Below are positions 45,628 to 55,487 of a stretch of DNA of 64,000 bases, piece by piece. Position numbers and translations under genes: made by a program. The stretch lies in sequence record NC_061418.1. One strand, 5' to 3'. The notes under the pieces were generated by a model. It had not been told where the DNA came from and did not search any database. It saw only the letters and a program-made list of their open reading frames with translations. Position 1 is the first letter of the stretch. Each line of letters starts with the position of its first letter.

Positions 45628-47282
45628 AGTTTACCCGTGATCTCAAAAAGGTTAGAATTGAGCGACGCAGTAAACAGCGTGTCACCGTCCACTTCCATTA
45701 ACGTGGCGTAACGGAAAGCACGCGTGCCATCTGGCCATGTGATGACGCGTATTCTGAGGTCTTCAGAACCCAACGCGTTGACCGTATTCCTTAACGGGAT
45801 ATCTTGTCCTATTTTTAATTTGATTGTGGCTTTCCCTGTTGTCCCGTCAGCCAGTTGGTAATTAGCTGTAACAGAAATTGCCTTATTCGGCGGGTCCATG
45901 GCCTCAGTGGGTTTTGTAACAGGTTTCTTTTTCCCTTCTTGGGTCGTCTTCACACAGTATGAAGTGATATCCGTGATCGTCGTTTTTCCCTTGCCTGTAA
46001 ACCCGTATCCTAACATGGTCAGAAGTGTCTCAAACCGCGTCAACAGACGGAAACCTAAAAAGGTCGGTCTCAGCTCCTCAATAAGCGCAACTTTATCCGG
46101 AGACCGGATAGTGCTCTTCTCGGCGTCGTCCCATAAGACAGAACGTTTGTCCTGTATCAGACTGACGTATCGATCTGCGTTAAGGATATTTTCAAGATGA
46201 CCCAGCGTCATGATCTGAGTGCCGTCGTAGTACCGGCTCTTCAGAAACTCTCCGAGTAATTCCAGGACAGGTTCTTTTTCCTTAGCGAAGAGGATGGCTA
46301 CTTTAGCAGTGGCAGTGGCCTTACCGATCATGTCGACTTCGGTGTCGTTACCGTGGTTCCCGAAGAAATAAACGTAGCGATCGTCATAGTCAACTTTGTA
46401 ATGTGTCCGGTCAGTTAACGCATACCACCAACGTTGTTCCAGTAAGCGATTACTGGTTTTGGTGTTTTGTACGTATCCTTTACGGTCTGAAATGAGATAA
46501 ACGGTTTTACCGGGTTCATCGCGTTCCAGAATCATTCCGCGGTTGGCGTTGTAATCAGCACGTTCATTCCCTGTATAACCAGCGTGACCTGGGATATACC
46601 CAAATAACATTCTGGTTTTCCCTTCCTCAACAATACTGTCGAAGAGAGAACAGAGCAATTGCCAAAGATCTTTGTTTTGGACAGGTCGACGGTCAGCAGT
46701 TAACCAACCGTTTCTTTCCCAGTTAACACGATAGAAAAGTAACCCTTCTAAAACATATTTCGAGTCCGCAAAAATAACAGACTCTTTTGGGCTCTTTTCT
46801 TTGACAATTGTGAGACTGTTTAACATCCCCATTAACTCAGTAAAGTTATTACTGGTTTTGTACTGACCACCGTATGCATCAATAAAGCTGATGGGGTTGA
46901 CAGGCTTCACCGTTTTATTTTCATCGGCGTGTAAGATAAGATAGTTTTTATCTACCTGCCCAGTGAAGCCCGTCTCTTCATCTGCCTTAGTGACGACATC
47001 TTTACACCGGTGTTGTCTACCGTCGACATAACCGATGTTAGTAAACGCACCCTTAGCCTTTTTAATCTTCGCTTCTTTCTTGTCCGCAACCGGGTACGAA
47101 TATCCGTGAATGCCCCAGCCAGAAAGTAACGTTTGGGTATTACTTCCGCCGTCGCAGAATAAAACAAGATTAAAACTGCCCGGTTCTGGGAATTCACCTT
47201 CCCACGGTTGCTCAATCTTCATGTTCAGAAGTTCCTGTTTCAAAGTATGTTCAGAAGAATAAAGCGTCGCGTAAGAAATCAA
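45624..47282 (-). CDS. rnhA: Ribonuclease HI with long C-terminal extension (phiKZ gp155-like)
   Basis: FCDGGS, SNNFTELMG, ADSKYV, NKDLW, GHAGYTGNERAD. Start is either the TTG at 47282 (coupled) or the ATG at 47222. Confidence 0.92.
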   Translation of the reverse strand: MISYATLYSSEHTLKQELLNMKIEQPWEGEFPEPGSFNLVLFCDGGSNTQTLLSGWGIHGYSYPVADKKEAKIKKAKGAFTNIGYVDGRQHRCKDVVTKADEETGFTGQVDKNYLILHADENKTVKPVNPISFIDAYGGQYKTSNNFTELMGMLNSLTIVKEKSPKESVIFADSKYVLEGLLFYRVNWERNGWLTADRRPVQNKDLWQLLCSLFDSIVEEGKTRMLFGYIPGHAGYTGNERADYNANRGMILERDEPGKTVYLISDRKGYVQNTKTSNRLLEQRWWYALTDRTHYKVDYDDRYVYFFGNHGNDTEVDMIGKATATAKVAILFAKEKEPVLELLGEFLKSRYYDGTQIMTLGHLENILNADRYVSLIQDKRSVLWDDAEKSTIRSPDKVALIEELRPTFLGFRLLTRFETLLTMLGYGFTGKGKTTITDITSYCVKTTQEGKKKPVTKPTEAMDPPNKAISVTANYQLADGTTGKATIKLKIGQDIPLRNTVNALGSEDLRIRVITWPDGTRAFRYATLMEVDGDTLFTASLNSNLFEITGKL

Positions 47283-47704
47283 GGGTGACGGCGTTGAAAT
47301 TCCTCAATGATGTGATGGCTTTGGGCGTCGCACGCGCTGGGCGTCTTGGTACAAATTCTCTGGAGTTCAGAGAGTTCCAGACGGGCGTCATTTTCCCAGC
47401 CAAATTTTTCCATGGTCAACGTATGAATATCGGCTTCATAACGATCGCGGCTGATTCCTGATACCGGTTGATTACTGGCATCGGAAAGACGTTTTAACGC
47501 GGCATTATAATTACGATATAATTCACGGTATTTGACATAACCTACCGTTGACGACAAACCAAGAGTGAAAATTAAAATGGTTATTATCGTACGATAGAAG
47601 TAACGCTTCCTTTTCGGGGGTGGTTCTCTGGTATTATCCAAACGGTATTGCTCCCGTATGAAATAATACAAGTACGGTAAAAAACGCAAGAAAAAGTAAT
47701 TCAC
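47279..47704 (-). CDS. Single-pass membrane protein (holin/antiholin candidate)
   Basis: Basic patch KRKR, then a TM (TIITILIFTLGLSSTVGYV), then a soluble domain with a CxxxxxxC pair. Confidence 0.55.
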   Translation of the reverse strand: MNYFFLRFLPYLYYFIREQYRLDNTREPPPKRKRYFYRTIITILIFTLGLSSTVGYVKYRELYRNYNAALKRLSDASNQPVSGISRDRYEADIHTLTMEKFGWENDARLELSELQRICTKTPSACDAQSHHIIEEFQRRHP

Positions 47705-47763
47705 GGCGGTACCTCCGCTGACAGGTTCTTTTCCTGTTTAATAATAATTATGGAGTAGAAACA

Positions 47764-49065
47764 ATGTTGAATGTGTATAGTTTTGTAACTATTAAAAATT
47801 TTATCAATAACGCAGTGGGACAGACTGCAAAAGTAGGTGAACTTACCACCCACGGTGAAACCTACAGCACAGACGTAGGGACATATTCTGTTGCCGATTA
47901 CACCGATGTCATTTTAAAGACGCTGTCTGTCACCCGCGACGGTACCAAAAGTAATCTAGGGTTGACTTACTACACGCAGATCCTGGAAGTCTCACAGTGG
48001 CTCTATCAGCGAAGCATTAATGGTCTGATCACCACAGACACCGCCGCACTACTTCAGAACCTGAACGCGCAGTTTTCGGATTACCTCACTGTAAAATCAG
48101 TTGGGGCAATTGTCAACAATGGATCATATAATTTTCCTTCTAATCTCCAAATGTCCTTTAGTAACTCTGGGGAAGAGAACGAACTGTTTGTCTGGTACGC
48201 GATCGATAATTTCCTGGTGGAATATCCGCTTTATGAACTTAGCGTCGTAATGCCGTTTGATGACATTGATCTGTTGGTTGGTGATTCTGACGCTGCGGTG
48301 GCGGCGATCAAAGCTATTACCCCGGTGAGTAACACCGCACGCATCACGAACGCTATCGGTCAGAACCCGCAGACGGATATCTGGACCGGCTACTTTACGT
48401 GGGTGGCAAAAGATAACGACGAAGTCACGTTGCAAATTCCGATCAACGTCGTGATCTACGGGTCTGCCGGTAAGAACCTTGATTACATCAAAAACGCGAT
48501 TCGTGAACATATCCTAGGGAACAGCACGGCAGGTACTGACACGTGGGAGATTGTATTACCAGATCTCTTTACACCGACTGAATATTACGTGGTGCCGGTT
48601 TGGGACAGAATCTCTCTCCCTAATCAGCTGGATACTACCGCGCTCTATTCCCCGGTGTTACCGTATAAGGATTTCCTGACTTATACCGATAAGTACATGG
48701 CGGACTATGAACAACAGCATGTCATTGACGCTGGGGAAATTGCGTTTAACACGTATCAGAACCTTCAGCTCTTGGTTTGTGGTCACGTAAGGAACTATAA
48801 CGTTTCCTACGTCTTCTCCGAACTCTGGCCGCGCTATGCAGCAATCGCACCAACCAGCTCTGAATTCGGTAAGATTCCAGAAGCGACCCGAAACTTCATT
48901 ATCAACTTGATTGCGCTTCTGAAGATTGCAGAAACGGCAACGGCTACTTCTATCCTGCCGACAGGATACACTCGTGCCACGCGTAACGGGGTGGTTTACA
49001 TCACCATGACGGTCAATACCGTTCAGTATCTGGTTCCGGTGAAAAACGGTTTCAGTAAGGATTAA
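47764..49065 (+). CDS. Virion structural protein (phiKZ gp157-like by position)
   Basis: 433 aa; GGAG RBS; first gene of a plus-strand pair between RNase H and SbcC. Confidence 0.65.
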   Translation: MLNVYSFVTIKNFINNAVGQTAKVGELTTHGETYSTDVGTYSVADYTDVILKTLSVTRDGTKSNLGLTYYTQILEVSQWLYQRSINGLITTDTAALLQNLNAQFSDYLTVKSVGAIVNNGSYNFPSNLQMSFSNSGEENELFVWYAIDNFLVEYPLYELSVVMPFDDIDLLVGDSDAAVAAIKAITPVSNTARITNAIGQNPQTDIWTGYFTWVAKDNDEVTLQIPINVVIYGSAGKNLDYIKNAIREHILGNSTAGTDTWEIVLPDLFTPTEYYVVPVWDRISLPNQLDTTALYSPVLPYKDFLTYTDKYMADYEQQHVIDAGEIAFNTYQNLQLLVCGHVRNYNVSYVFSELWPRYAAIAPTSSEFGKIPEATRNFIINLIALLKIAETATATSILPTGYTRATRNGVVYITMTVNTVQYLVPVKNGFSKD

Positions 49066-49070
49066 AACGA

Positions 49071-49670
49071 ATGGCTAAGACACGTAACACCCCTGCCTTA
49101 GGGTTGAAAGGGAAATGGTCATTAATACAACCGTGGACCGCCAGCCAGTCGTTAATTTATCAATGTACCGCTATTCGTTTCTTTACCGAGATGGTAGCGG
49201 AAGGGATTGATATCTTTAACGTCTACTATTCTCCTAAGGGCCTCACGGAGTCTGACTATAACGCAGACCTGTCTGCTGGCGCGGCGATGTGTGTACTGTA
49301 TTCGTCCTCTGGTAGTGTCATTACGGTTCCCGATACCTACATTGAAACTTTCCCGGGGATCGGGATGTCGAACTGGGGGCAGGTGATCCTCTCTGCGTCT
49401 TTGGGTCCGATGCGTTTAGACCTCGATTACTCGTTCTTGAAAGAACAGATGGGCAACTTGATCTCTGACACGATCGGCGTTGTTCCTGAGATCTACGTAG
49501 ATCAACTGGCCACAATTGAAGCGATCAGTACGGAAGAGGCAGACGCGATCGAAGCAGCGAGACTGTCAGCTATCACCAATCGCACGTCGACCTACGCGCA
49601 GAACTTGGCGCTACAAAAAGAGAACGCTGAGTTACGTATCAAGATTCAGGCGTTATTGGCAGCAAAATAA
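49071..49670 (+). CDS. Probable virion structural protein
   Basis: 199 aa, 5 nt after the previous stop; C-terminal coiled coil. Confidence 0.6.
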   Translation: MAKTRNTPALGLKGKWSLIQPWTASQSLIYQCTAIRFFTEMVAEGIDIFNVYYSPKGLTESDYNADLSAGAAMCVLYSSSGSVITVPDTYIETFPGIGMSNWGQVILSASLGPMRLDLDYSFLKEQMGNLISDTIGVVPEIYVDQLATIEAISTEEADAIEAARLSAITNRTSTYAQNLALQKENAELRIKIQALLAAK

Positions 49671-49688
49671 AAAAAAGAAGCATAGAGA

Positions 49689-49718
49689 CTCTCTCCTCCG
49701 CAGAAGCGGAGGAGAGAG
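49689..49718. terminator. Terminator between convergent genes
   Basis: 13-bp stem CTCTCTCCTCCGC/GCGGAGGAGAGAG. Confidence 0.8.
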
Positions 49719-49740
49719 CTTATGTTCCTAATACGCAGAA

Positions 49741-49995
49741 TTACTCTGCGTCAGGCGCTTCGTCGGTGGACGGGCGATAGAGTTCGTTCAGCACTTCGGT
49801 TGCCGGGTAGAACTCTTCTTCTACCCAACCGTCGTCAGAGGCTTTTGCAGCCATGACGCTTTTACCCTGGTCAAGTGAAGACTTAACCCAGGTCAGCGAA
49901 TCGACTGCCATGTCAATGACCGTTTCAGCAGAGACGGTATCGGTGGTCAGCGCATTGATCTTTTCAGCGGTAGTTTCGTTCAGAGTTACTTTCAT
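49741..49995 (-). CDS. Small protein, ribbon-helix-helix-like
   Basis: MKVTLNETTAEKINAL...SAETVIDMAVDSL fits a strand-helix-helix (CopG-like) pattern. Confidence 0.5.
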   Translation of the reverse strand: MKVTLNETTAEKINALTTDTVSAETVIDMAVDSLTWVKSSLDQGKSVMAAKASDDGWVEEEFYPATEVLNELYRPSTDEAPDAE

Positions 49996-50094
49996 GTTCA
50001 GTTTCCTGTATACGTGTTAATAGTCACATGTGTGTTATGGTTTGTTCAAAAGATAACCGAGCGGTTTAAAACTTGAAATTGACGGAGGGGATAA

Positions 50095-50334
50095 TTAAGC
50101 CTGCGATAGTAACGGCTGATTCATCAGCATTTTCAGACGAGTGATTTCCGCTAAGAGTTGTTCTTCTTTCACGGTTGTCTCGACTTCACGTACGACAACC
50201 TTATAGCCGTTATCCGCTAAGACGAGAGACTCTCTCTTCAACTTGATGATCTCTTCCGGCTTTCGGTTCGCCTTCAATTCAACGAGTTGACGTTTCAGCT
50301 CTCTGCGCTTCCTCATTAATTCAAAGTAGTCCAT
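50095..50334 (-). CDS. Hypothetical protein
   Basis: 79 aa; GAGG RBS; coupled to the upstream gene. Confidence 0.65.
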   Translation of the reverse strand: MDYFELMRKRRELKRQLVELKANRKPEEIIKLKRESLVLADNGYKVVVREVETTVKEEQLLAEITRLKMLMNQPLLSQA

Positions 50335-50335
50335 G

Positions 50336-50659
50336 TTAACCTCTTTGGTTCTCGTCAGGGGAATCGCCTATAACCGTATTCAGATCGCTCTCAAAGAGCG
50401 TTTCGTTCCCAATGTAGATTGGGAAGGGATTAGGCTGTTCGAGCTTCTCCGTGAGGTTGACGAGCTCTGGGATAATCATCGGCGTATACCCCAGGAACTT
50501 AACGACTTTCTTCGCCGCTAAGGTCTTAACGGTCTCGTCGTAACCTCTGACTTCCGCACGAATGACCTGGATATAAGGTAGATTTTCAGCGGCGCGACTT
50601 TCACGCGTTCTTTCTAACGCCAGCAGGATTTCTCCGGCTTCAGATTCCTTAAAGCGCAT
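50336..50659 (-). CDS. Hypothetical protein
   Basis: Start moved to MRFKES at 50659, overlapping the upstream stop. Confidence 0.65.
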   Translation of the reverse strand: MRFKESEAGEILLALERTRESRAAENLPYIQVIRAEVRGYDETVKTLAAKKVVKFLGYTPMIIPELVNLTEKLEQPNPFPIYIGNETLFESDLNTVIGDSPDENQRG

Positions 50660-51290
50660 AGCGGTTATCTCGCGTGATTTGACTGAAGTTACCGATAACC
50701 CGGCCCGGTACAAACATGGCTTCTTTTGCGGTCTCACGCAGCAGAATGCTGAGGATCGTCATGACCTCATACATCTGACTGAGTGTGGTCGAGGTATGAC
50801 AGGTAAAGATCAGATTGACCGTTTCTGCCGGGAGATCGTTTTCCGCCAACATCTGACGGAACTGGTCTTCAAACTCGGTTACGTCCTTTTTATTCTTCAC
50901 GAAATAATAGACGTTCTGAGAGAAGACCTGCGCCTGGCGAATTTCAATGCGCAAATCTGAAATTTCAGGCAGCGTTTTAACGACCGTCTGACGGAGCTTT
51001 TCGTAACCCGCATTGAAATCAATGACCGGGAAGAATTGCTCGTCGACATTGGCGACGTTGTCTTCGAAACATTGCGCGATGTTGTTGACGGCTACCTGGA
51101 ACGGTGCAGAATGAAGGATGTCAGTGAGTCGGGCATCGGAAAAACCCGAGTAGTTATTGTCGACCAGATCATCGTCACCTAACGCTGCGGTACGAATGAA
51201 CACGGTCTGATGTTGGATCGCAATTTCACCGGTACGTGTCGGCTTCCCGTAACTGGTTAAACGGTCTGTCATTTTCGAAATGTTTTGCAT
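50649..51290 (-). CDS. Hypothetical protein (putative early gene)
   Basis: Start moved to MQNISK at 51290 (AAAGGAG RBS); TATATCAC motif upstream. Confidence 0.75.
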   Translation of the reverse strand: MQNISKMTDRLTSYGKPTRTGEIAIQHQTVFIRTAALGDDDLVDNNYSGFSDARLTDILHSAPFQVAVNNIAQCFEDNVANVDEQFFPVIDFNAGYEKLRQTVVKTLPEISDLRIEIRQAQVFSQNVYYFVKNKKDVTEFEDQFRQMLAENDLPAETVNLIFTCHTSTTLSQMYEVMTILSILLRETAKEAMFVPGRVIGNFSQITRDNRYAL

Positions 51291-51322
51291 GATTGCAACT
51301 CCTTTAGTTGGGGTAATTACAC

Positions 51323-51334
51323 TAGAGTGATATA
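51323..51334 (-). promoter_or_regulatory. Putative early (vRNAP) promoter
   Basis: TATATCACTCTA, identical to 15125..15136. Confidence 0.55.
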
Positions 51335-51343
51335 TGCATAAAG

Positions 51344-51365
51344 CGGACTGGAAAAGACCAGTCCG
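51344..51365 (-). terminator. Terminator after sbcC
   Basis: Stem CGGACTGG/CCAGTCCG followed by CTTTAT on the minus strand. Confidence 0.7.
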
Positions 51366-51372
51366 TTTATGT

Positions 51373-53844
51373 TCAGTAAAATTCAGCCACGGTGTTGACA
51401 CCGTCTTTAGGGTGACGGAAATCAAAGTCAATGATGTCCGAGAAAGGCAAAGCGCCATGCGATACTGCGTGATGCGAAATCAAGAACACCTGTGAGAATC
51501 GCCCGTTCTCAACACCGCGTGTAATGAACTGCATCAGTCTCGCTTTGTGCTCAGGCGAAAGAGGGCGGTCGACTTCGTCTAAACAGAGTGGGACATTGTT
51601 CAGGTTCAGGTAGAGCATCGCTGTGATCTGAAACGCGAAATCAATGATCTTCTGTTGACCGTCTGACCCAGTCCGCATATCCGGTACAATGTAATCGTCG
51701 GAGTCATGGAGACGTAACGGGAACTCGTACGACAGATCACTGTCGTTTGGCTTCCCAATTAACAGTTCCATCGAATGCGTCCAGATATCCGCAATGACTT
51801 CGTTGACCTGACCGATAAAGACTTTGATAAATTCGTTCATCTGCTCGGCCACTGCCCCTGACTTTGGTGACAGTGTCCCAACCAACAGACGGTAACAATC
51901 CACTTTCTCTTTTTGTTTCTCCAGTTGTTTCCGGGTATCGTTAATCTGGTCTTCCAGTGTCTTGGCATCATTAAGGGTTTTGGTCAATGTGCCAATATGA
52001 CCCTGTAAGTCCTGAATGAGCAGTAAACGGGTTTCGTTGAACAAGTATTGAATACCACTGACAGTATCCTTGACCAGTTTTTCGTAGTTACCCGTGACTG
52101 CCTCGACAGCGTTGGTATATTGGTCAGCCAGATTCAACCCTCTTTCGTAGAGTTTTCCTTCCTCTTTAGAACGCGCTAATTCGCTATAGATGTCCTCCAG
52201 CGTCTCTTTGACTTTGACGAAACGTACTCTGACTCCATCAATCCCGGTGACGACGTTCTCTTGTAATTGCGAAAGCACTAATTGCGCTTCTCGTAATTTA
52301 TTTTTTGCCCGATATACCTCAAGGTGTTTTTCCAGGTCTTCTTTGAGTAACAACATCACCTGGACGGCTCGTAACGGTTCGTCTTTTAACGTGACTTGTT
52401 TATCCAATTGAGCAAAAAGACCTTTGGCGGCAGGGGCTTGGTTCCGCAGTCCTATCAAATTACGGTACTGGGACAACCACTGTTCAACCTCTTCAATGTT
52501 CCGTTGGTTTTCGGCAATGGCCTTTTCACCCTGTATCATGCTCTCCTTGAGTTCCTCTGCCTGCTTAGTTAACCGCGGGCGTGAGTCCGAAGATACTCCA
52601 GGGATAAACTGAAAACGACATTGTGGACACTGAACTTCTTTCCCTTGATTGATGTGGTCAATCTGCTCTAACGTTTGCGCGTACTTAGCAGAGAGGCTAT
52701 TGTAATGCTCCTGGAAACGCTGGCGGTTATTCAAGAGTATTTCGTAGCCTTGTCGAGTAAACCGTCCTTCTGGGTCAGGTTGAATTTCCGTCAGGGTTTT
52801 TGACCACTCCGGGAAGATCATGGCGAGTTGTTCTAACGCCATTTCCAGAGTGGTCTCTTCGATGGCCATTTCTGGGGCGTAGAGCTTTTCCAGTGACGCC
52901 TGTTGAAACTGCCGATCCCAATGATTCACTTCGTTACGCAACCGTGCTAAGTTTTCTTCACTGGCATCGGCATTCCGTTTTAGTATCAGTTCCAGTTCGT
53001 CATATTCTTCCTGTAATGCCTTCTTACGCGTTTCTAAACCAAAGACATACTCTTTTAGCTTATTTATCTTTTCAAGCCATAGAGAGCGATTGGTGGCGTT
53101 TAACGGGGTATCTGGTAATTGTTTTAAGGTTTCTTTTATTTGTTGGGGCAATTGTTGCCACTGGTACTGGATTCCGGCGGAGTCTTGACTGCGGTTTTGC
53201 TCCTCATTGTAATCCTTTAATACCTCAGTAACGATACTTTGGTATTCCGTCAGACGAGCGGTAAGAGTGGTTCTCTCGTCGTCAGACATTCGTTGGGTTT
53301 CTTTTTCTGCTAACGACTCCTCTAGCGCATTAACTGCGCCGATAGAGTGTGACAGTTTCTTTCTGGCTTTACCGAATAATGAGTTAGCGAACGACATATC
53401 GGAATCGGCCAAGGCAGTTAATACTTCCTGGCGTTTTGCCGCGCCGGCACCAGAGAATGAGAACTGCCCTGCCTGGATCATCGCGGAGAGTTTATCAACC
53501 GCCAGATATTTCTGCACCAGATCTTTTTGAACGGTAGAAGTTCCGCCGTCGTTTAGGTTTTCCCCGTTCAACCAAAACTCGTGTTTAACATCACTGCCGA
53601 CAATGGTTTTCGTTTCAATTAACCCGTGATCAGTTTCTAACAAAAGGCGAGAGAAACCATTTTTATCGAACATGTTAGACGCAGAAGGGAAAGCCGTGAT
53701 TTCGTCTAAGAGTGCAGATTTCCCAAAACCGTTGGGGCCGATGATAATTTGATAAGGACTTTTTGGTTTGTAAAGGATACGCTCAATCAACCCGGATCGC
53801 AGGCGCTTGTTATGAGAAATTTCGGTTTCAATCACTTTGATCAT
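51373..53844 (-). CDS. sbcC: SbcC/Rad50-like SMC ATPase (phiKZ gp165-like)
   Basis: Walker A GPNGFGKS, Q-loop QAGQF, zinc hook CPQC within the coiled coil, signature GSDGQ, Walker B LCLDE, H-loop ISH. Confidence 0.93.
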   Translation of the reverse strand: MIKVIETEISHNKRLRSGLIERILYKPKSPYQIIIGPNGFGKSALLDEITAFPSASNMFDKNGFSRLLLETDHGLIETKTIVGSDVKHEFWLNGENLNDGGTSTVQKDLVQKYLAVDKLSAMIQAGQFSFSGAGAAKRQEVLTALADSDMSFANSLFGKARKKLSHSIGAVNALEESLAEKETQRMSDDERTTLTARLTEYQSIVTEVLKDYNEEQNRSQDSAGIQYQWQQLPQQIKETLKQLPDTPLNATNRSLWLEKINKLKEYVFGLETRKKALQEEYDELELILKRNADASEENLARLRNEVNHWDRQFQQASLEKLYAPEMAIEETTLEMALEQLAMIFPEWSKTLTEIQPDPEGRFTRQGYEILLNNRQRFQEHYNSLSAKYAQTLEQIDHINQGKEVQCPQCRFQFIPGVSSDSRPRLTKQAEELKESMIQGEKAIAENQRNIEEVEQWLSQYRNLIGLRNQAPAAKGLFAQLDKQVTLKDEPLRAVQVMLLLKEDLEKHLEVYRAKNKLREAQLVLSQLQENVVTGIDGVRVRFVKVKETLEDIYSELARSKEEGKLYERGLNLADQYTNAVEAVTGNYEKLVKDTVSGIQYLFNETRLLLIQDLQGHIGTLTKTLNDAKTLEDQINDTRKQLEKQKEKVDCYRLLVGTLSPKSGAVAEQMNEFIKVFIGQVNEVIADIWTHSMELLIGKPNDSDLSYEFPLRLHDSDDYIVPDMRTGSDGQQKIIDFAFQITAMLYLNLNNVPLCLDEVDRPLSPEHKARLMQFITRGVENGRFSQVFLISHHAVSHGALPFSDIIDFDFRHPKDGVNTVAEFY

Positions 53845-53915
53845 TTATTCGTACCGTAACAAAAAGTGGACTCTATTACAATAGCCGGAAAAGTGAAAAA
53901 TAATAAGGGGACTTA

Positions 53916-54905
53916 ATGAACAACCACGATATCGTCGAGAGGACGTTTGGCATCGTTGCCGAGAATAAACCCCTAGGACAAAACAACATTTTAGTCTGGG
54001 CTCACCAGAAGACACCGTGGATGCAAGGGGACGTACAAAGCCAGTTACAGAAACTTACTGTTGAGAGCGTCGATGCTTCGGGGAAAAAGATTGAAGCTAC
54101 TGCGGTGACCGACACCGCGATCGAAGCTCAGTGGCGACCAGTGGACAGCAGTTGGAGTACTGCCCCTGATGTTCAGCGTGGCGAGGTAGTAGAACTGATT
54201 CGTTACGCAGACATGAATACCTACTACTGGCGTGAGCGCGGTGACGGTGCGGTTGCCAGACGACTCGAAACCAAACGGCTGTTGGTCTCTGCGAATCGAG
54301 AAGCGGGTATCCCTAGTCCTGACACCCATTACATGATTGAAATCTCCGGCCATACCGGCGCGATCAATATTACCACCTCAAAAGCCAATGGCGAGATCAG
54401 TAAGTACCATATCACTTTGAATGGGGCGGGAGGTGCGATTAGCCTTGGCGACGATGAAGGGAATGAGTTTTATCTCGAGACCAAAGAGAAGCTTATTCGT
54501 ACCCGAAACAGTTCGGGATCAATGGTGGAAATGAGCGACAAGAAAATTGGCGTCTTTTGCTTAGAGGATTTGATTCTGGTTGGTAAAGAAAAAATCATCA
54601 TGCAAGCGGAAAATATTCTGATTGAAGCGACGGAGAATTTGGAAGTAGAGGCAGGAAAAAGGATCGCGTTGACTGCCGGGGAGCGGTTTGATACAACCGC
54701 GCCGATTATTGCCTTAAACGGCGCTATCCAATTAAACGGACCGATCAGTCAAGAAACGACAGACAGTAACTACGATGCAACGTTGAAAGGTACTGTGACC
54801 ACCACCGTGGACGTTATTGCCGCGGGCGTGAGTCTGGTTAAACACCCGCACAAAGGCGTGGAAAGAGGTAACGACGAATCGGGATCACCGGTACCAACAG
54901 CATAA
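53916..54905 (+). CDS. Baseplate central spike (gpV/gp5-like; phiKZ gp164-like)
   Basis: OB-fold-like N-terminus (PDVQRGEVVEL), beta-helix repeats, and a C-terminal KHPH (HxH) metal site typical of spike apices. Confidence 0.82.
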   Translation: MNNHDIVERTFGIVAENKPLGQNNILVWAHQKTPWMQGDVQSQLQKLTVESVDASGKKIEATAVTDTAIEAQWRPVDSSWSTAPDVQRGEVVELIRYADMNTYYWRERGDGAVARRLETKRLLVSANREAGIPSPDTHYMIEISGHTGAINITTSKANGEISKYHITLNGAGGAISLGDDEGNEFYLETKEKLIRTRNSSGSMVEMSDKKIGVFCLEDLILVGKEKIIMQAENILIEATENLEVEAGKRIALTAGERFDTTAPIIALNGAIQLNGPISQETTDSNYDATLKGTVTTTVDVIAAGVSLVKHPHKGVERGNDESGSPVPTA

Positions 54906-54909
54906 AAGG

Positions 54910-54937
54910 AGACTGGAGGACGAAAGTCCTCCAGTCT
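54910..54937. terminator. Terminator between convergent genes
   Basis: Stem AGACTGGAGGAC/GTCCTCCAGTCT with a GAAA tetraloop. Confidence 0.85.
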
Positions 54938-54943
54938 GTGATG

Positions 54944-55474
54944 TCAACCGTAAATCACATCCACTAATGTAATATTACGCAAGTTCTTTCCGTCACCTTT
55001 GTCAGATCCACCGCCGTATGCCCAGACTGTGATTCTTTCACCGGCCGCGAATGAACACGGTAAAACAGGGGAACGTTTTACCCCGGAACCCGACGGGGCA
55101 TCCCAGGACCAATCACCCGGTCGAGTTTGGTTCGCACCGTATTTACCTCCAGAACCGTGCCATCCGCCCTGGTTACCATCGAGGGTAATGTCGATGACCA
55201 CGCCCACGACTCGCTTCGCTGTCGGGAGATCCCAATACGTGGAGTAAACCGAGTTACCCCAAAGAACCCCGCCGATAGAACCGCTTCGTCCACCTTCGTG
55301 CGTGCTGTTCCAGAAACTCTGCGGAAGATCGATCTTATCCCACAGTGGTTGCCACACACCGCCATTAACTACCCAGGCATTATCAACACGATGCCAACTT
55401 CCGCCGTTAACGATCCACGGAAGATCAACACCACGCCAGCCGCCACCATTGACTAATCTAGGGTAACTACGCAT
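54944..55474 (-). CDS. Putative fibre-tip adhesin / tip protein
   Basis: Three tandem VNGGxW repeats at the N-terminus; Gly/Trp-rich C-terminal domain; directly downstream of a fibre gene. Confidence 0.5.
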   Translation of the reverse strand: MRSYPRLVNGGGWRGVDLPWIVNGGSWHRVDNAWVVNGGVWQPLWDKIDLPQSFWNSTHEGGRSGSIGGVLWGNSVYSTYWDLPTAKRVVGVVIDITLDGNQGGWHGSGGKYGANQTRPGDWSWDAPSGSGVKRSPVLPCSFAAGERITVWAYGGGSDKGDGKNLRNITLVDVIYG

Positions 55475-55487
55475 TTACTCTACTCCC

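Noticed and set aside
51373-53844. sbcC without an adjacent sbcD nuclease gene
   Set aside because: The two are commonly unlinked in phiKZ-like phages; the partner may lie outside the window.
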